A DNA stretch of 63,508 nt, counting the filler, from Collodictyon triciliatum (lineage: Eukaryota), in the NCBI GenBank assembly GCA_043381765.1. It is 12 parts of 12 records of this genome, joined end to end, with 100 filler letters (N's around TTAATTAATTAA, not from the genome) between each part and the next. Parts side by side here need not be neighbours in the genome. Positions count along the whole stretch, not along the records: positions 61,255 to 63,508 come from JBHJMP010005444.1; 11 more parts are not named here. One strand, given 5' to 3'. The translations under genes and the position numbers were made by a program. Below, in pieces: positions 62,258 to 63,508 of the stretch. Under the pieces are notes generated by a model, which saw only the letters and a list, made by a program, of their open reading frames with translations, was not told where the DNA came from and made no database searches. The stretch's first letter is position 1. Each line of letters starts with the position of its first letter.

Positions 62258-63274
62258 ATGGGCAACTCCATGTCGTCACAACAACTCAGCGAGCTGTCGT
62301 CGCAGTGCTCCTCAAAGTTCCCGAGCGACCAGCCTGTGGACAAGTGCACCCGCCTTTGCTTCATCAATAAGCAACTTGCGGCCTTTCCCCAGGCAATCTG
62401 CGGCCTGACCCAGGTGGTGGAGCTCGATGTGGGAGAGAACAAGATCTCGGTGCTTCCTTCACAGATCTCGCAGCTCAAGAACCTCAAGCATCTCTATGTG
62501 TATGAGAACGCACTCTCTGCACTCCCGACCGAGCTCTCCACAATGACCGGCCTGCGCGTGCTGGAGTTCCACAATAATCTGATTGCGGTGTGGCCAGCAG
62601 AGATCGCGCGCCTGTCTCTCATCACCCGGCTTAACGTGTCCCACAACAAGCTCAGCAGTCTGCCCGCCTCCATCTCCACCCTGTCCAAGCTCCGTCTCCT
62701 GACAGCTAGTGGCCTGCACCTAACCTCCCTCCCTGACGAGATCTCGGCCCTGCAAGAGCTGACTGGCCTCTACATAGGCGAGAACAACTTCACCTCTGTG
62801 CCCTCAGCGATCTCCTCCCTCACGGAGCTCTCCAGACTCTCGATCCACCAAAATCCTGTAAGCTTGCTGAATTCGATAACCCCACCCACCATTGAGTCGC
62901 AGGCTCACAAAGCAGCTCCCCAATTATACCCTGGGGTTCTTTTGGATGATAGGGAAAGGGGTAAGGAGAAGAAAGAGGGGAAACAAAAGGAGAAAAGGAA
63001 ACACTCGCGATGCGAGCACAACATTACGCTGTACCTATGCAACCGCCCGAACTAACTGTTTTGTGTCTGACTTTGTTAGATCGAGGAGCTCCCGCAGTGG
63101 ATCACCAGCCTCAGAACCCTCAGAGAGCTTTGGATCATGAGCAGATCCGGAGACGTCTCTGTGAAGAAGGCACCAAGCGGCCTTTCTGGCCTTCCTTGCT
63201 GGAAGGACGCCAACGGATGGCCCGATATGACGACAAACGGAGATGTGCTCAAGAAACTGGAGCTTTATGAATAA
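62258..63274 (+). CDS. Leucine-rich repeat protein (~8 x 23-aa LRRs) with N-myristoylation motif; exons 62258-62857 and 63080-63274
   Basis: LRR consensus; GTAAG at 62858 and AG at 63078-63079; exon 2 reads IEELPQWITSLRTLRELWI..VKKAPSGLSGLPCW..DVLKKLELYE*; MGNSMS start. Confidence 0.88.
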
Positions 63275-63457
63275 GTGATTGGAGGATCTCAGAGCAAAAC
63301 GGAAAGGACGATGAGTGGTAGCCATCGCAGCTGTCGCAGAGTCTTCTCCGCAAAAGCCCCTCTCCTTTGGGGGACGAAAGAATAAAAACAAAACAAAACA
63401 GAAAGACGAATTCAGAGTCTGGAACAGGTATCAGCATGACAAAAGGTCGTGATATCT

Positions 63458-63488
<31 letters not shown>

Positions 63489-63508
63489 GGCCAATACAGG
63501 GCAGGCGG

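Overview
This window is not one locus. It is 12 short contigs/scaffolds (mostly ~5.23 kb) joined by artificial 100-nt spacers (44 N + TTAATTAATTAA + 44 N), so adjacency across spacers means nothing. Most contigs come from an AT-rich microbial eukaryote with short GT-AG introns and many microsatellites. Recognisable host genes: Rab6, FANCI, a PH-PH-BCH-RhoGAP, a DUF4062-NACHT-like-TPR STAND ATPase, an NHL propeller protein, two paralogous LRR proteins, a vWA protein, a UBL-TM-ARM protein and a DUF3147-like membrane protein. Contig 45262-50505 differs: it is intronless and gene-dense and encodes a Polinton-like virus (PLV)/virophage-type morphogenesis module (double jelly-roll major capsid protein, penton, small charged protein, modular fibre). 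Its three visible start codons share a TAGAA..TTCT motif with the C exactly 12 nt upstream, resembling the giant-virus late promoter used by mavirus. Also notable: an apparently circularly permuted vWA domain, and two families of very short retroposed 3' ends with clear target-site duplications. All family assignments rest on motif recognition from memory; no database searches were run.
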